Positions 34,471 through 47,000 of a stretch of 64,000 nt of DNA are shown one piece after another. Source of the DNA: Selaginella moellendorffii (Eukaryota > Plantae > Lycopodiophyta); assembly GCF_000143415.4 (NCBI RefSeq), contig NW_003314304.1, positions 1,478,841-1,542,840 on the forward strand. The letters are read 5' to 3'. The stretch's first letter is position 1. Every line of letters starts with the position of its first letter. The notes below the pieces were generated by a model. The model searched no databases, was not told the origin of the DNA, and saw only the letters and a program-made list of their open reading frames with translations. The position numbers and the translations under genes are program-made.

Positions 34471-35874
34471 ATGGAGCTAGCGTCTGGCTATGTCGCCTTG
34501 AGCAGGAGTGCCGGGTTTGTCACTAGCAGCAGCTCTTGCCACTTTCCGGCACTGGTCAGCAGCAGCTTCTCGGGGATTTTCAGCCACAGCTCCAGCTCGA
34601 GTAGCGTTCGCTGTAGGAGGAATGTGGTGGAAATTCTAGAGCAGAGGGGACTTGTCGAGTCGATTGCTGGCGAGAGCTTGAAGAAGGCATGCGACGAGAA
34701 ACCCATCAAGGTGTACTGCGGCTTCGACCCCACAGCGGAGAGCTTGCACCTGGGAAACTTGCTGGGAATTGTGGTACTCGAGTGGTTCCAGCGGTGTGGT
34801 CACGAGACCGTGGCTCTTTTAGGTGGTGCGACTGGAAGAATAGGCGACCCATCGGGAAAGAGTGCTGAGAGACCTGTCATGGATGAAGCTACGATCGAGA
34901 AGAACACGCAGGGAATCCAAGCTCTTCTCACGGAGATCTTGCAGCAAAAGGCTGTTGTGCTCAACAATTACGACTGGTGGAAGGAGTTTAGCTTGCTCGA
35001 GTTCTTGCGGGATGTTGGAAAGTTTGCTCGGGTTGGAACGATGGTTGCAAAGGAGAGTGTGAAGAGAAGGCTGGCCTTGGAAGAAGGTATCAGCTTCACG
35101 GAGTTTACGTATCAGCTACTGCAAGGCTACGACTTCGTTCATCTCTACAAAAGCAATGGCGTTTCGGTCCAGATCGGTGGCAGCGATCAGTGGGGGAATA
35201 TAACTGCTGGAATCGACTTGGTACGCAAGCTCTTGCAACGAGACGATGCCTACGGCCTCACTTTTCCACTTCTCGTCAAGAGCGATGGAACCAAGTTCGG
35301 AAAATCGGAAGGTGGCGCGGTGTGGCTCTCGTCGAAGTTCCTGTCGCCGTATCACTTCTACCAGCACCTCTTTGCGACACCCGACTCGGACGTGATCAAG
35401 ATGCTGAGAATGCTCACGTTTGTGGAGCTGGAGGAGATCGAGGCGCTGGAGAAATCCATGTCCGAGCCGGGGTACGTCGCCAACACTGCTCAGAGAAGGC
35501 TGGCGGAAGAAGTGACGAGGTTCGTGCATGGAGAAGATGGCTTGGAGGAGGCTCTGAAAGTCACACAGGCACTGGCTCCTGGAAGCACCACGACGCTGGA
35601 CTGGACAGCGATCGAGGCCATCTCCAAAGACGTACCGTCGTGCACGCTCGACTCGTCCATCGTCGTCGGCCCCGTGGTGGATCTGTGCGTCAGCTGCGGC
35701 CTCGCTCCGAGCAAAGCTGTTGCTCGTCGCCTCATCAAACAAGGTGGCATCTACATGAACAACGCGAAGGTGGACGACGAGAGATTGCTCGTGGCGGAGT
35801 CGGATATCATCGATGGCAAGATGCTGCTACTTTCGGCAGGAAAGAAGAACAAGATGGTCGTCCGGATTGGTTAA
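34471..35874 (+). CDS. Tyrosyl-tRNA synthetase, organellar (bacterial-type), single exon
   Basis: YCGFDPTAESLHLGN, IGDPSG, YQLLQGYDF, QIGGSDQWGNI, KFGKS, S4-like C-terminus; Ser-rich transit peptide. Confidence 0.96.
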   Translation: MELASGYVALSRSAGFVTSSSSCHFPALVSSSFSGIFSHSSSSSSVRCRRNVVEILEQRGLVESIAGESLKKACDEKPIKVYCGFDPTAESLHLGNLLGIVVLEWFQRCGHETVALLGGATGRIGDPSGKSAERPVMDEATIEKNTQGIQALLTEILQQKAVVLNNYDWWKEFSLLEFLRDVGKFARVGTMVAKESVKRRLALEEGISFTEFTYQLLQGYDFVHLYKSNGVSVQIGGSDQWGNITAGIDLVRKLLQRDDAYGLTFPLLVKSDGTKFGKSEGGAVWLSSKFLSPYHFYQHLFATPDSDVIKMLRMLTFVELEEIEALEKSMSEPGYVANTAQRRLAEEVTRFVHGEDGLEEALKVTQALAPGSTTTLDWTAIEAISKDVPSCTLDSSIVVGPVVDLCVSCGLAPSKAVARRLIKQGGIYMNNAKVDDERLLVAESDIIDGKMLLLSAGKKNKMVVRIG

Positions 35875-35884
35875 GATCCTCGCG

Positions 35885-36365
35885 AAGTCAGTCACAAGAA
35901 CGAGATGGTTGTCTAGATTTTTCAAGCTCCTCGTAGTCGGCGGTCGTCTCGATCGGTTAAGTTCTTCGTGAGGCCAGTCACGGGAGAGCGAGCTTGTCGA
36001 GTCGATGGTCGTCCAAGTTTCTCGCTAAGGTCAGTACTTTGAGATGGTTGTCTAAGCTCCCCGCTCGCGTAATCGGCCACAGGGAAAGGACGGACTAAGA
36101 ACAAGATGGTGGTTAAGTTCTTTGCGAAGCCAGTCACGGGAGAGCGAGTTTCTGAGGATCCAGTGCAAGTGTTTGCGCAAGTTTCTCTCATAGTCGGTAC
36201 TTTGAGATGGTTGACTAGATTTTTCATCTGGGAAAGGAAGTACGAAGAACAAGATGATCGTCTCGATCGGTTAAGTTCAGTCACGGGAGAGCGATCCCGT
36301 CAGGATTCGGTTACAGGAAAAGCAAGTTTTTGCGCAAGTTTTCTCTCAAAGTCAGTACTTCGGTG
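35885..36365. repeat. Degenerate ~150 bp tandem repeats
   Basis: GGTTAAGTTC...CAGTCACGGGAGAGCGA near 35955, 36112 and 36269; GTACTTTGAGATGGTTG at two sites. Confidence 0.7.
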
Positions 36366-37116
36366 AACAGGAAACGAGGAGATTGTCCGTTCAGTCTCGA
36401 GAAGATGGTCGTTAAGTAATCATCAGGGAGGAGGAAAGTTACAAACAAGCGAACAACACGGCATCGGTTAAGCTACTCGCAAAGTCAGTCTGGATCTGGA
36501 TCGCGAGAGAAGCGACACGGACTGTGGATCAGTTAAGTTATCCTCGCAGCGAAGTCATCAAGAAGAGGAAGACAAGGAGGAAGAGCCAAGAACAGAGGGA
36601 AAGCAAAAACAATGCCGTGAAACTTCCACAGGTGCTAGGCCTGGATTGGGCGCTGCGTCTCGGCCACATGGTTGGCTGCCTGTCCGGAGCAAACGAGCGA
36701 GCACTACATGTGTGCCTGTGGCTGTGGTCAGAGCGCCAAGCTTATTCAGCGGAGCAAACAAAACAGCACAAGCACGCTCGCTGCTTCCTTCGTCTCCTCT
36801 CCATTTAAGTAAGCTTTTCTTTCTTCTCCACTTCGCATTCTTTTCTAGTTTCTCTAAGTGCTCGCCTTTCCAGGGGCTCGATCGAGAATGCCAAGCGTAA
36901 GGAGATCTACTACTACCACCTCGCTCTCGCACTCTCGCTCGCACAGAGTTCGTTGCTTCTGTTCGAATTTTTTCCGTTTGGAAAAATCCCAGCCGGGTGA
37001 AGTGCACCGACGAGAAAGTGCTCGCCATCGCCCAGATTTGAGCGTACGTAAAACCATCATCAACGCGGTTAAGATCGCGACTAAGACCTACAACCACGAG
37101 CGAGGAGCACACTTAC

Positions 37117-37385
37117 ATCTCCAAAAAGTAAGCTTTTAATCTTTGTTTCACGCTAGACGAGCTCCTGGCTATGGAGGATGAGAGAGAGATCTCCAAAAAG
37201 AAAGCTTTTGTTTCGATGATTCCCTCTAAACGAGCTTTTGGCTATGGAGGATGGCTTTTAGCAACAGAGAGATCTCCAAAAAGAAAGCTTTGTTTCGATG
37301 ATTCCCTCTGAACGAGCTTTTGGCTATGCAGAGATCTCCAAAGCTTTGCTTGGAGCTCTTGGCTATGGAGGATGGCTATGGAGAT
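37117..37385. repeat. ~75-80 bp tandem repeat downstream of EIN3
   Basis: AGATCTCCAAAAAGAAAGCTT(T)TGTTTCGATGATTCCCTCT(A/G)AACGAGCTTTTGGCTATG twice plus partial copies. Confidence 0.85.
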
Positions 37386-37537
37386 TAAATCGAGAACAAT
37401 ACATTATACAAACACTAAGCACAGGAAAAAGCGTTTCGTGTGTGGTTTATAACTTGACACTCTCCATTCTTCCCAAAAGTTGGCGGGACGATCTTGGCGA
37501 TGGTTTTTTTTTTAAATCTATGCCTCTCTCGATCTCG

Positions 37538-40063
37538 TCAAGCTCCGAAGTACCAGATCGGCTCGTCCGTGATGATCTCGTGCGAAGCTCCCCGGCACAG
37601 CATTCTCGAGTTGTCCATGGCCAGATTCAAGCTCGCCGCTGGGACGTAGGCCTGCACGGCGTTGTGAAGCACCAGATTCTCTCCCAGTACGTGATGATGG
37701 TGGTGGTGGTGCGATGGCGGTGGAGGAGGAGGAGGAGCCTCGAATTGTGGCTGCTGCTGCTGGTAGTGCTGGCGATTGTGCTGCTGCTGCTGCTGCTGTT
37801 GATGGTGCTGTTGATGGTGATGGTGCTGGTGATGATTCGCAACTCCGCTAAACAACTTGTGATCCATCCGATGCTCGTGATGATGATGCTGCTGCTGCTG
37901 CAGACCGCGTCCCGGATCCAAAACCGTCACTCTACTGTGACTGTTGCTCGCGGCGGCGGCGGCGTTGTTACTGCCAAGAGCAAATCCCAGGCCGCTAAAA
38001 CCATGATCCATGCCGCTGCCACCGCCACCATCGCCAAAGTGATGATCGCCGAGCTTGTGGTCGATGGCTTCCACCAGCTGCTGGAGCTGGAGCCCCGCGG
38101 TGCTGCCACCGTAAATCCCCAGTAGCAGCTCGTGAAGTGGCTGGCTGCTATTGCTGGCGGTGGTGGCTGTGCCAGTGGTGGTGATGGTGGTGGCGGGGGT
38201 GGTGGTGCCATTGCTGGACGCAAGCAGTGCTGCTTGGGCCTGTGGAGGATGCGAGAGATCCTCGGCTGACAGGATCGCGGATTGAAACAAGCCGGCTTTG
38301 TTGTCTTGCTGCTGCCCCGCGATTAAGGCGCTTGTCGTCGCCGCCGACGCCGCCGCCACCGAGGCTGGCGCTTGACTGCCAAAGCCATGGATGTGATTCT
38401 GGTGCTGACTCCCATTCCCGGCGTGGATCACACTGACACACTTCGCTTCCGGCCTGTGCGGGCAGCTGCTCTGGTGGATGTTCCTCAAGCTCCTGTCCCC
38501 AAACGCGAACTTGAGGTCGTGATGGCGGCAGTCCTCGTACTGGCAAAGGAACGCTCGGTTCACGTTGTCTCCTCCCAGATTACTGCTCAGACTCCCTACC
38601 AGCCTCGGGATCCTCCGCTTGTTCCAGCTCTCGTCCTGCTGATGATCCACCACCATGTGATTGTGATGCTGCTGCTGCGACATGATCTTACTCTCCTGCT
38701 GCTGCTGGTGAAGAACAACGTCCGCAAGCTCCCCATTCACCACACTCACGTTGGCCGTGGTGGCAGTGGCAGCACCGGATCCCCCACGACCACCACTCGA
38801 TCCAACGAAAGCTGGCGGCCCATTGACCTCGGCTGGATCATCCTCGCACGAGACAACGTTGAGCGAGCCATCGAATCCATCCACGTCGTACTCGCTCGTA
38901 CTGCTCAGCGCCAGACCGTTGCTCCCTTCACTGTTGTTGCCGCCAGTGGCGGCCTGCTGGATCTGCGAGCCGGAGATCACCATCCCGTTGCTCATCACAA
39001 TCACCTGGCTATGGTGGTGGTGGTGGTTCTGCTGCTGCTGCTGCTGCCCGATCAAATTCCCCGAGCACTGCCTCGCCAGCGCCTCCTCCTGGTTGAGCAC
39101 CGAGATCCACGTCGCGCTCTCCTTGGCAGTCATCTTGTCTTGCAAGCACTTGGACTGCCTCACGAGCTTCCTGATCTTCCCGATATCTGGGGACATGTGT
39201 CGGATCACCGCAGTGAGAACTCCAACCTTCCACACCTTCTTGAGATCATGGGGCTTCTTATACGGCGGCGGCCCCTGCCCCTTTGGAAGCCCAAGCTCGG
39301 GCCACCACTCCTCGTCGCCGCTCGGCCACCACGGCGGCGCCACCCCTTTCTCCAGCGGGTACCTCCGCTGGGGTGGATCGCAGTGCTGCATTAGCGCCGA
39401 GAGAAGCGATCCGAGGGTGGTGTCCTGGAGCTCCTGGAGAGTGTGTGGCGTCGGGGCGGCGGCGGAGAGCTGGCCAGCGCCTCCGCCGGATCTGGAGCAG
39501 ATGCCGTGCTCCGCCTCGTACTTGGCGATGGCGGCGGGGCCGTTCCGATCGAAGCGGACCTTCTCCTTCCACCACGCGCGGATGTTGTCGCTGGCGCCGC
39601 TCACTGGCTTGCCCTTCTCGGGGATGATGCCATAGACGAATCCTTGGGCTTTGCAGACCTCCATCATCTTGAGCATGTACTTGAGGATCCCGTCCTGGGC
39701 TCGCGACATCTTCTTCCGCCGGGCTTGCTCCTGGGATTGCTTGTGCTTGGGGAGATTGCCCAGATTCTGGTGCTGCGCTGCTGGGCCGTCGTGATGCTGC
39801 TGCTGCTGCTGCCCATGGCTGCTGTGATTCGAGTGATTCGAGGAGAATGCGTTGTTGACCCTGGCCTTTTGCTTGTCCTTGATCCGCTTGAGCCGCAGCC
39901 GATCGTTCCAAATCCTCTTCTCCAGCTCGTCCACGTCCATGTCGTCGTCGCTGAAATCCTCGTGATCCTGGACGACCGCCTCGCCCAGGCCTCCATCGTT
40001 GTCTCCCACAAGATCCACGTCCAGGCCATAGCAGAGATCCGGGTCGCCGCCGTGGAGCTCCAT
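37538..40063 (-). CDS. EIN3: ETHYLENE INSENSITIVE 3-like transcription factor, intronless CDS
   Basis: [81 protein letters not shown]; poly-Q/H tracts. Confidence 0.96.
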   Translation of the reverse strand: MELHGGDPDLCYGLDVDLVGDNDGGLGEAVVQDHEDFSDDDMDVDELEKRIWNDRLRLKRIKDKQKARVNNAFSSNHSNHSSHGQQQQQHHDGPAAQHQNLGNLPKHKQSQEQARRKKMSRAQDGILKYMLKMMEVCKAQGFVYGIIPEKGKPVSGASDNIRAWWKEKVRFDRNGPAAIAKYEAEHGICSRSGGGAGQLSAAAPTPHTLQELQDTTLGSLLSALMQHCDPPQRRYPLEKGVAPPWWPSGDEEWWPELGLPKGQGPPPYKKPHDLKKVWKVGVLTAVIRHMSPDIGKIRKLVRQSKCLQDKMTAKESATWISVLNQEEALARQCSGNLIGQQQQQQNHHHHHSQVIVMSNGMVISGSQIQQAATGGNNSEGSNGLALSSTSEYDVDGFDGSLNVVSCEDDPAEVNGPPAFVGSSGGRGGSGAATATTANVSVVNGELADVVLHQQQQESKIMSQQQHHNHMVVDHQQDESWNKRRIPRLVGSLSSNLGGDNVNRAFLCQYEDCRHHDLKFAFGDRSLRNIHQSSCPHRPEAKCVSVIHAGNGSQHQNHIHGFGSQAPASVAAASAATTSALIAGQQQDNKAGLFQSAILSAEDLSHPPQAQAALLASSNGTTTPATTITTTGTATTASNSSQPLHELLLGIYGGSTAGLQLQQLVEAIDHKLGDHHFGDGGGGSGMDHGFSGLGFALGSNNAAAAASNSHSRVTVLDPGRGLQQQQHHHHEHRMDHKLFSGVANHHQHHHHQQHHQQQQQQQHNRQHYQQQQPQFEAPPPPPPPSHHHHHHHVLGENLVLHNAVQAYVPAASLNLAMDNSRMLCRGASHEIITDEPIWYFGA

Positions 40064-40776
40064 CTTGCGGATCGATCGGAGTGGAAATATTTCGAGCAAG
40101 CGCTTCCGAGAGGAGGGAATATTTCGGAGCGATTACCTCCAATTCGCCATGGAAAGCCGAGGATCGAATGGGAAAAGCGAGGAAGATCACGGGATGCAGA
40201 GAGAAAGAAGGAAAAAGCTCGATTCAACGCGAGCCCCTTGTGTGATTACCTAGCTCCATCGATGCCCCGTCGACGCGCGCTGCGCTCGCCGATCGCGCCC
40301 GTGACACAGTGGCGCAGCGCCTTCAAATTCGACACATTGCCCGGGCAAGCGTCACAATCCCAATGCCGCCACCGCTGCGAGGCGCTGCCAACACGATCAA
40401 CGAGAATCGATGCCCTAGCGCATCAAGATCCCCGCTTTGCTCGGCGAGAGAGAGAGGAGCAATGGCGCAGCGCTCCTCGCCATAGCCAACTACTAGCTAA
40501 TAGCTATCCATCCAAATGCCGTACAATTCCCCCCAGGTCGGGTTTATGACATGGAAGTCCACTGGCTTTTTGACACGTGGCACAGCTACATCTGGATATA
40601 CAATCCAGCCACCGTGGACGCCCTTTTCAGCCCTTCGGGCTTACGGCCAATTTAGGTATCTGCCTCAAATTTAGCTAACCGGTTTGTTGCCAGATTTAGC
40701 AGCTCCCCGAATTTAAATCACTTTTGTCCAAGCTGCCAGTTTGTCGGAATCCAGTTTGGGTCATAAAATGGACCAC

Positions 40777-40905
40777 TGGCGGACGCCGGGCTCGAACCCG
40801 GACCAGCGGATGCCGCGCCGCGCCGGAGTCGAGCCACGAACCGGCGGTCTCGTCGCCGGACTCGAACCCGCCACCGTACGCTCTACGCCTCCACCGCTAC
40901 CATAC
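40777..40905 (-). other. tRNA-related Pol III-type element (SINE-like or ncRNA)
   Basis: Three B-box/T-loop motifs GG(T/C)TCGA(G/C)(T/C)CC, ending CCGGGTTCGAGCCCGGCGTCCGCCA, then TTTT; second copy at 57571-57700. Confidence 0.4.
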
Positions 40906-42153
40906 GCCTCTCTCTAGTTTATTATACGCCTCCAATCCTTGGTAGTGCTTCCTCATGATCACCTCTACGTGACAACCAACCCGGCGTAGAGTACGTGGGG
41001 TACGACGTTTGAAACTCCATTCATTGGGCTTTGTTAAAGAGAATAAAAGAGAGAACGCCACTGTAGCTAAACCTAGAAATCAAAAACTAAACTACATCGT
41101 GCCATTATTGGTTTGACTCTATGGCTTAGATGCAACACCTTTTACTCGGGCGGTGCCCTAACCCTAGCGAATAATAAAATATTCGCTGCGGAGAATATTC
41201 CGGAATCTGGTCCACACGATAGCGAGGAGTGACAAGAGGTTTTGGGGCCCCCCCAAAATGCTTATTTTTAATGTTCGCTGGGAGTCCATGTTCCCTCTTT
41301 AGCTCCCCATGTGTGGCCTTTGTTTTTGTTGCCAGCAAAAGAAACACACAGAAAGTTTGAAGAAGAGAGAGAGCACAAAAATCTGAGAGGAGAGAAAGAA
41401 ATGGCACCGGCTTTGATTGACTTTGCCCCGCTCCATTTCTTTGATCCCTCCATCTCCATCTCGTCCTTTTTCTTGTTCTACTCGGACTCGGACGATTTGA
41501 TCCATGTCATGTTTCGCTCGAAGTCGATGGATCACTGCCCGATCACTCCACCACTTCTTGTCGACTGGAAAAGTCTTTAAATTCCTCTCGCTGACACGGC
41601 ATTAGCCTGAGATCAAGGCCGCGGATCATCCAGCAAAGTCTAAGCTTTTTGCCAAGGATGTGACAAGCTAACGTGTTGTCCAGAGCGCTTACAGGTTCCA
41701 TTGTTTTTTCCATGACAATTCTTTTTCCTCCGGCGACCGGCACGAAAGTCGTCCGAAGCAACCCAAACTGGAAACAAGATACATGCCCAGTTTCTCGGAC
41801 AGATTTCCTCAAGCCCGGCAGCACACGGAAGACGAAGAAATTCGTTAAAAAATCCACGAGCAAGGAGAGAGAGAGAGAGAGAGACATAAAGAACTTTGCC
41901 AAGCCCAAAGTCGTTGATGTTAAGCTAGGCCATGCTTGAAGCGCGTGATGATGATCATGAAAGTTCCTGTCGAGATGCTCGGTGGATTCTCCGTGTCTCC
42001 AGCTAGAGACTTATCGATCAATCCACAGTGTGCGGCAGCCGTCGTTTCGCTCGATCGCTCCCTCGTTTGCAAAAGCTCGGACTTGACGATCCTTCTCTTT
42101 CTGCCATGGATTCCTCCATGAAGAGACCACCGAACCAAGTTGCGAGAGTGAGG

Positions 42154-42345
42154 TTAAGCTGTAGTGATCTTACGGACATCCTCTTTTTGGATTGATTCCT
42201 TTTTTACTCCGTGTATCGTATCGACACTGTTGTAGAAGAAACAAACGAGTTTTGGAGGTAGCAACTTCCCTTCCATTTGATTGATACATGAAGAACAAGA
42301 CATCGCTTGCAAGTGGAAGATCACACGGGAGATGTTTGGAGTCAA
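42154..42345 (-). pseudogene. HMA-domain fragment (P1B-ATPase/copper-chaperone-like)
   Basis: RVIFHLQAMSCSSCINQMEGKL resembles the MxCxxC metal-binding loop; copy at 58940-59131. Confidence 0.4.
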
Positions 42346-43207
42346 ACTGGAACTTTCGTGATTGTTACGAGCACCTCCCCTGAATCCAGCACCACACTAT
42401 CTATCTGGTAATGTTTCAAAACGAGTAAACTAATCAGTGTTTGTTGGGAATGAATGTTTGTGCTGCTTGGCCACTTGCACTGCGGCGGCAGCAGAGGAGG
42501 ATGTTTTGCGGGAACTATACCTGACTAAATCGAAGTACTTTAATTGCAATTTGCAAGATCACAAGTACTAGTCCTGAAGAAAAACAGCAAGATGTGCTTA
42601 TAATCAAGGCATTCTTGCAACGCAAGTGGAAATTCACTATGTTTACCTGGGCTTTCTGAGGATGCTTCATCTGAATCGCATAGTGTCACCCTGCCGTATG
42701 AAAAAGACAAGAGAAAAATTCTTACTCACTAGAGTTTGGCAATTTTACTCTAGCTACTACAATTTTTCCATTGTTGATACTCACTGTAGCTTCATTTAAC
42801 TCCACACTTTTTTATTTGATTAGAGATGTAAAGTTTTGTGTTATGTTCTAGAATTTTGTCTATAGTTACAAAACCACAAGTTTATCCATAAATGGATTGA
42901 TATTACTATAAACAATTAAAAAGAACAACTTGAAAGACAATTAATAAGGTTCAAATATAGAGGAAAAGGGCTCATGAATAAAAATACATTTTATTTTCCA
43001 AGCATTTTTCCAATTAATTAAAGGTCTTGGGATATTTGGGGTTAAGTGTCTTTGGGTTAGGTGACTTCCCGGGAATTTCAAATTCAAAAGTTTATAATTA
43101 CTTCAATGCAAAAGTATAATTTCAACTTCTCTCTCTTCCTTTCAACTTTTTTTCTTTGCTTTTCAATATGTAGTGAGTGAAATGCTTTCACTCGTAAGTT
43201 TTTCATA

Positions 43208-43935
43208 GGTGAGTGAATAAAACTTGATTAACTTTTATAATCTACTTTTCCAAAGTTACATTTAAGATGGCCAAGTGAGCAGTGTGATGTGCTCTTACAA
43301 CCAAGTGAATAGTTTCTTAACTTGTGCTAATCAAAGTTTGCTCACAGATATAATACAAAATAAGTGGGGATGCAATAAATTTATTCATTTCTCTTCTCTA
43401 GAAAAATCATTCTTTTACTTCTTGTTAAATATATAGTTTTTGATTGTGATGTTCTTCACTTTTTTTGAAGGGTATACTCCCTTAGCCAAAGATGCAATTG
43501 TTGATTCCATGTTATAGGTAAAAATTTGATAATTAGAATTGTTGCAGATTTCAATATTAATTTTGGGACCAACTTCTAAAGTTTTACCAAGATTATTTTA
43601 AATTAATAAGTTCAAAACTCTTTCTTGACAATCATGAGAAGTCAACACTTCAAATTGGAAATATCACCAAGGTTAACTTTAACCATATAATATCCAATCT
43701 CATTACAACCAAAATGTGGCTTAGATTATTCAATGGCAATCTAAACACTTAACCATATTCATCACTTGGAAATGCAATGATAAATATCAACAGTTTGCTT
43801 TAGATATTGCTTTCCAAGGAATTGTTCTCCTAAAAAACAATGGCTTACTACTTTTATTCACAATCTTGAAAATTGTGGCTCGTATAGGAAACTATATAAA
43901 TACAACATACATGATACTTGGAAACTACAAATGTG
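43208..43935 (+). pseudogene. BXL: GH3 beta-D-xylosidase relic
   Basis: DGQVSSVMCSYNQVN, YIV(F)DCD, GIVLLKNNG, ILGNY still readable amid stops. Confidence 0.85.
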
Positions 43936-46876
43936 AAAGATAAGTTTTTTCTCAAAACTCTTTAGATATTATTTATGGTTTTTTTGGAGAAATGTCATAC
44001 AAGTATGTATCACCTTTGCAAAACATGCAAATCTACAATAATAACATTCTCTATTTATAGTACTTATTTCGAGAATGTAGTCTCAACTCATTTCCAACAT
44101 TTCAAATGCAACCACTTATCTTATTATTCTTGTGATCACTACTTTTTGTTGATATCTTGGCTTTCAAGGACAATTTATGAATCTCAAGTGTTATTTGGTT
44201 TGGATATTTTCGTTAGTCCAAAAGTGCTACTCTCACTCTTATTACTTTTGGAGCATAAAATCCAAGTATTCCTTCTCTTGCTTTTTTTTCTTTGTAATAC
44301 AAACATTGAATCTAAAATTAAGTGGTCACTTGGTAAATACTTAGTACCACAAGGCATCCATAAATGTTTCCATATTGGATATGAAAATGAAATACAATCC
44401 ATTGTTGATATTTAAGGAGAAACTATCAATTTTACACAAGGTTACTAACAACTTTGGTGATATGGTAAGCAACTTTTTGCAAGTGAGATTTTTAGAGTGT
44501 AAGTTTTGTAAATGATACACAGATGAAAATAATTATAAGAAAAGTTACAATTTTTTGATACCCCTGGCAACGGTCAGGTGGATTCGTTTCGTGTTTGGAT
44601 TGTTTTACTCAACTTACTTGTACAAGCACCAACAAAGCTCTCCTTCAAAAGCAAAAAAAAGGAAACTCATGAGATTGTCCAACTGTAAAGAGTAACAAAG
44701 ATTAATCCAATCACTTACAAAATGAAGTATAAATTTATAATAACATTTTGCCCAATCTCGACAAAACCATTAATAAATCAAAGCTTTAGCCAAATGTTCA
44801 TCTTTGCTTGATAATCTAGCTCCACTCAACCAATATATAAAGCCCTAAGTTGGATAATGTATTTTTTATCAAGCTGGTCCTCTTTAATAAGTTCCATATA
44901 TAAATAATATAGTGATTTACCCTTTCTTCTTTTGTAAGTTATTGTCTAAAAAGAGTTTATTTTAAATTCACTTAAATCTTTCTCTTGAGAAATTACTTAG
45001 CTTGGCATAAAATCTTAGCAACCCAATACTAAATACTAGTCCAAAAATTTGAGAAAAACATATAAACCAGTATAGTAATGATAATTTGAAGCTTTTTCTT
45101 GCCAATTTACAAGGTATAATAAATGATTGAGATGTTGGTTCTCTAGACAAGGATGAGATAAAGATTGGGAGTGATCTTAGGCAAACATCTCTAAGCCAAA
45201 CTTCTTCATTTGGCTCATAAACTTGGTTGAGTTTGCAAAGGTTTCGATAAAGTTTATTTTTGAATTTTTGCATGTCATAAATGCTTATCAAGGCAATGTA
45301 AATAGGAGTATACTATAATTATGGCTTGTCATTTTTGTTATGGTGGTTGTGATTGCAACTATCACCATGCTTTCGACATCTTTATAAATGATTAATTTTT
45401 TTTTACTTTAGGATCATCTAAAGGAGTCTCACTTATAATTTCTATAGGCCCTGATATTAATTTGGGTGTTTCCTAACTTTAAGATGTGTTTTTGTAACCA
45501 CATCAACTTTGTACTTGGTCTAAATGCTCTATGTGTCTAGTTCCACTTTTGGATACCCAAATGGTTAGATAACTTTTTATGAAGTCCAAATTTAAAAACT
45601 TATATTGGTATTAGAAAAGTGTAAGGTGTGACTCTATTAGTTGATTAAAAAAATCACACCACATGTTAAGATTGATATTTAATAGGTTTAGTTTACTCTA
45701 ATTTTAACTCGAGGGGTAAGGTGTTAAAAGAGTAAGGCTCTTAGAAGAGCCCTACTCTTGCAAAAAAACATGATGGATTATAAACAACCAAAGATAATAA
45801 CTTAAAAAATTATTAATATTATTTTAAATATAGAAATGTACTCTTTGTTCCAATTAGTTATAAGTATTAGGTTATTTGAGATTAAGCATCTTTAAATAGT
45901 ATTGGGTTAGATGACCTTCTAGAAAGCCCAAATTCAGGAGATTATAGTGCCATAAATAATATAAGTTAATATTTGTAAAGAAACTAGCAAGAAAGAAAAC
46001 AATTTAAAATTAAACAACCTTTTAAAAATGAAATATTTACTATAATGTTCAAAAAAAGTATTTAGAAAGCATTTTTATTAGAGCTACTCTCAAGTAATAC
46101 TTGATGTGTTGCAAATGATTTCATAGTAAAAAATATCTTTATACTTCATTTTTAAAATAATAATTAGTGGTGTTTAATACATATTTTGTATTTTCTAAAC
46201 AATATCTACAGACACTCAAAAAATTTTGCTATTAAATTATTGTCATTTAAGCACTTGCTTACAATAGTGAAAGCACAATACAGTGTTTGGTTTTTTAGGA
46301 TGGCATATATATGTAATTGAGGAGAGTAAATAAATTTCTATATAGAGTTTAGTAAGTAAATGGAATTGTGAACAATGACAATTTTGATAAGTCCTTAAAG
46401 TGTAGTTTATACCATATTTTAGCTAAACAATAATTTAAAGAATAAGTTGAAGTTGGTAAAGATAATATAAAGTTATCTCCTACTTAGTTTTGAAATGCAT
46501 TACCTCAAAAGGTTTATTAATATTAATTAACTTCATTCCTAGAATTATTTTACCAAAGATGCCAAAATAAAAAATGCCGCTAACATGAAATTATCTGAGT
46601 AGTTTTTCTTTAAAGCATTCAATACTGAAATATCAGAATAAATATAAAAATTATTTTAGAGCAATATACAAAGATACCTCATCAACTTATATCAGGAAAT
46701 GTAGCATAATCATAGTAAAACTAACATTCTGCCATAGCTATAACAATATAGAGGACATTTGATTTATCATTGCCTTGCCAAATAGTCTCAAAAATCAATA
46801 TAATATTTAATTTATTTTAAATGCCCTACATAGTTATTGTTAAATAAAACCAAAATCTTAGATATATTTCAATATA

Positions 46877-47000
46877 AAATACCTTTGAAAATCCATACTA
46901 TTTTATAATCCAAAGTTATAGGATGGATATTAAAATATTTGGCCATAATTGTCTTTTGGTCAATTTCTTTCACAATTTTAGTTTTTATATTGAAATATCA
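46877..47000 (-). repeat. Diverged copy of the Roco C-terminal coding module
   Basis: Translates KTKIVKEIDQKTIMAKYFNIHPITLDYKIVWIFKG, versus TTKFGKKEKQETIMEKYFALHPIILEGKQIWVCKG in the main ORF. Confidence 0.75.

Larger units (their letters stand above)
40321..46520 (+). repeat. Segmental duplication copy 1 (EIN3 leader and upstream region)
   Basis: Collinear with 57470-64000. Confidence 0.93.

Noticed and set aside
34471-35874. Horizontal transfer of an intronless bacterial-type TyrRS
   Set aside because: Organellar TyrRS is normally bacterial-type, and a transit peptide is present
35885-37385. Repeats as a CRISPR-like array
   Set aside because: Degenerate tandem units without unique spacers; eukaryotic context, no cas genes
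38372-40549. Several long ORFs overlapping EIN3
   Set aside because: Antisense or alternate-frame shadows of a GC-rich, low-complexity CDS
43975-45291. Short ORFs as transposase remnants
   Set aside because: No identifiable family motif; too degenerate to call without a search
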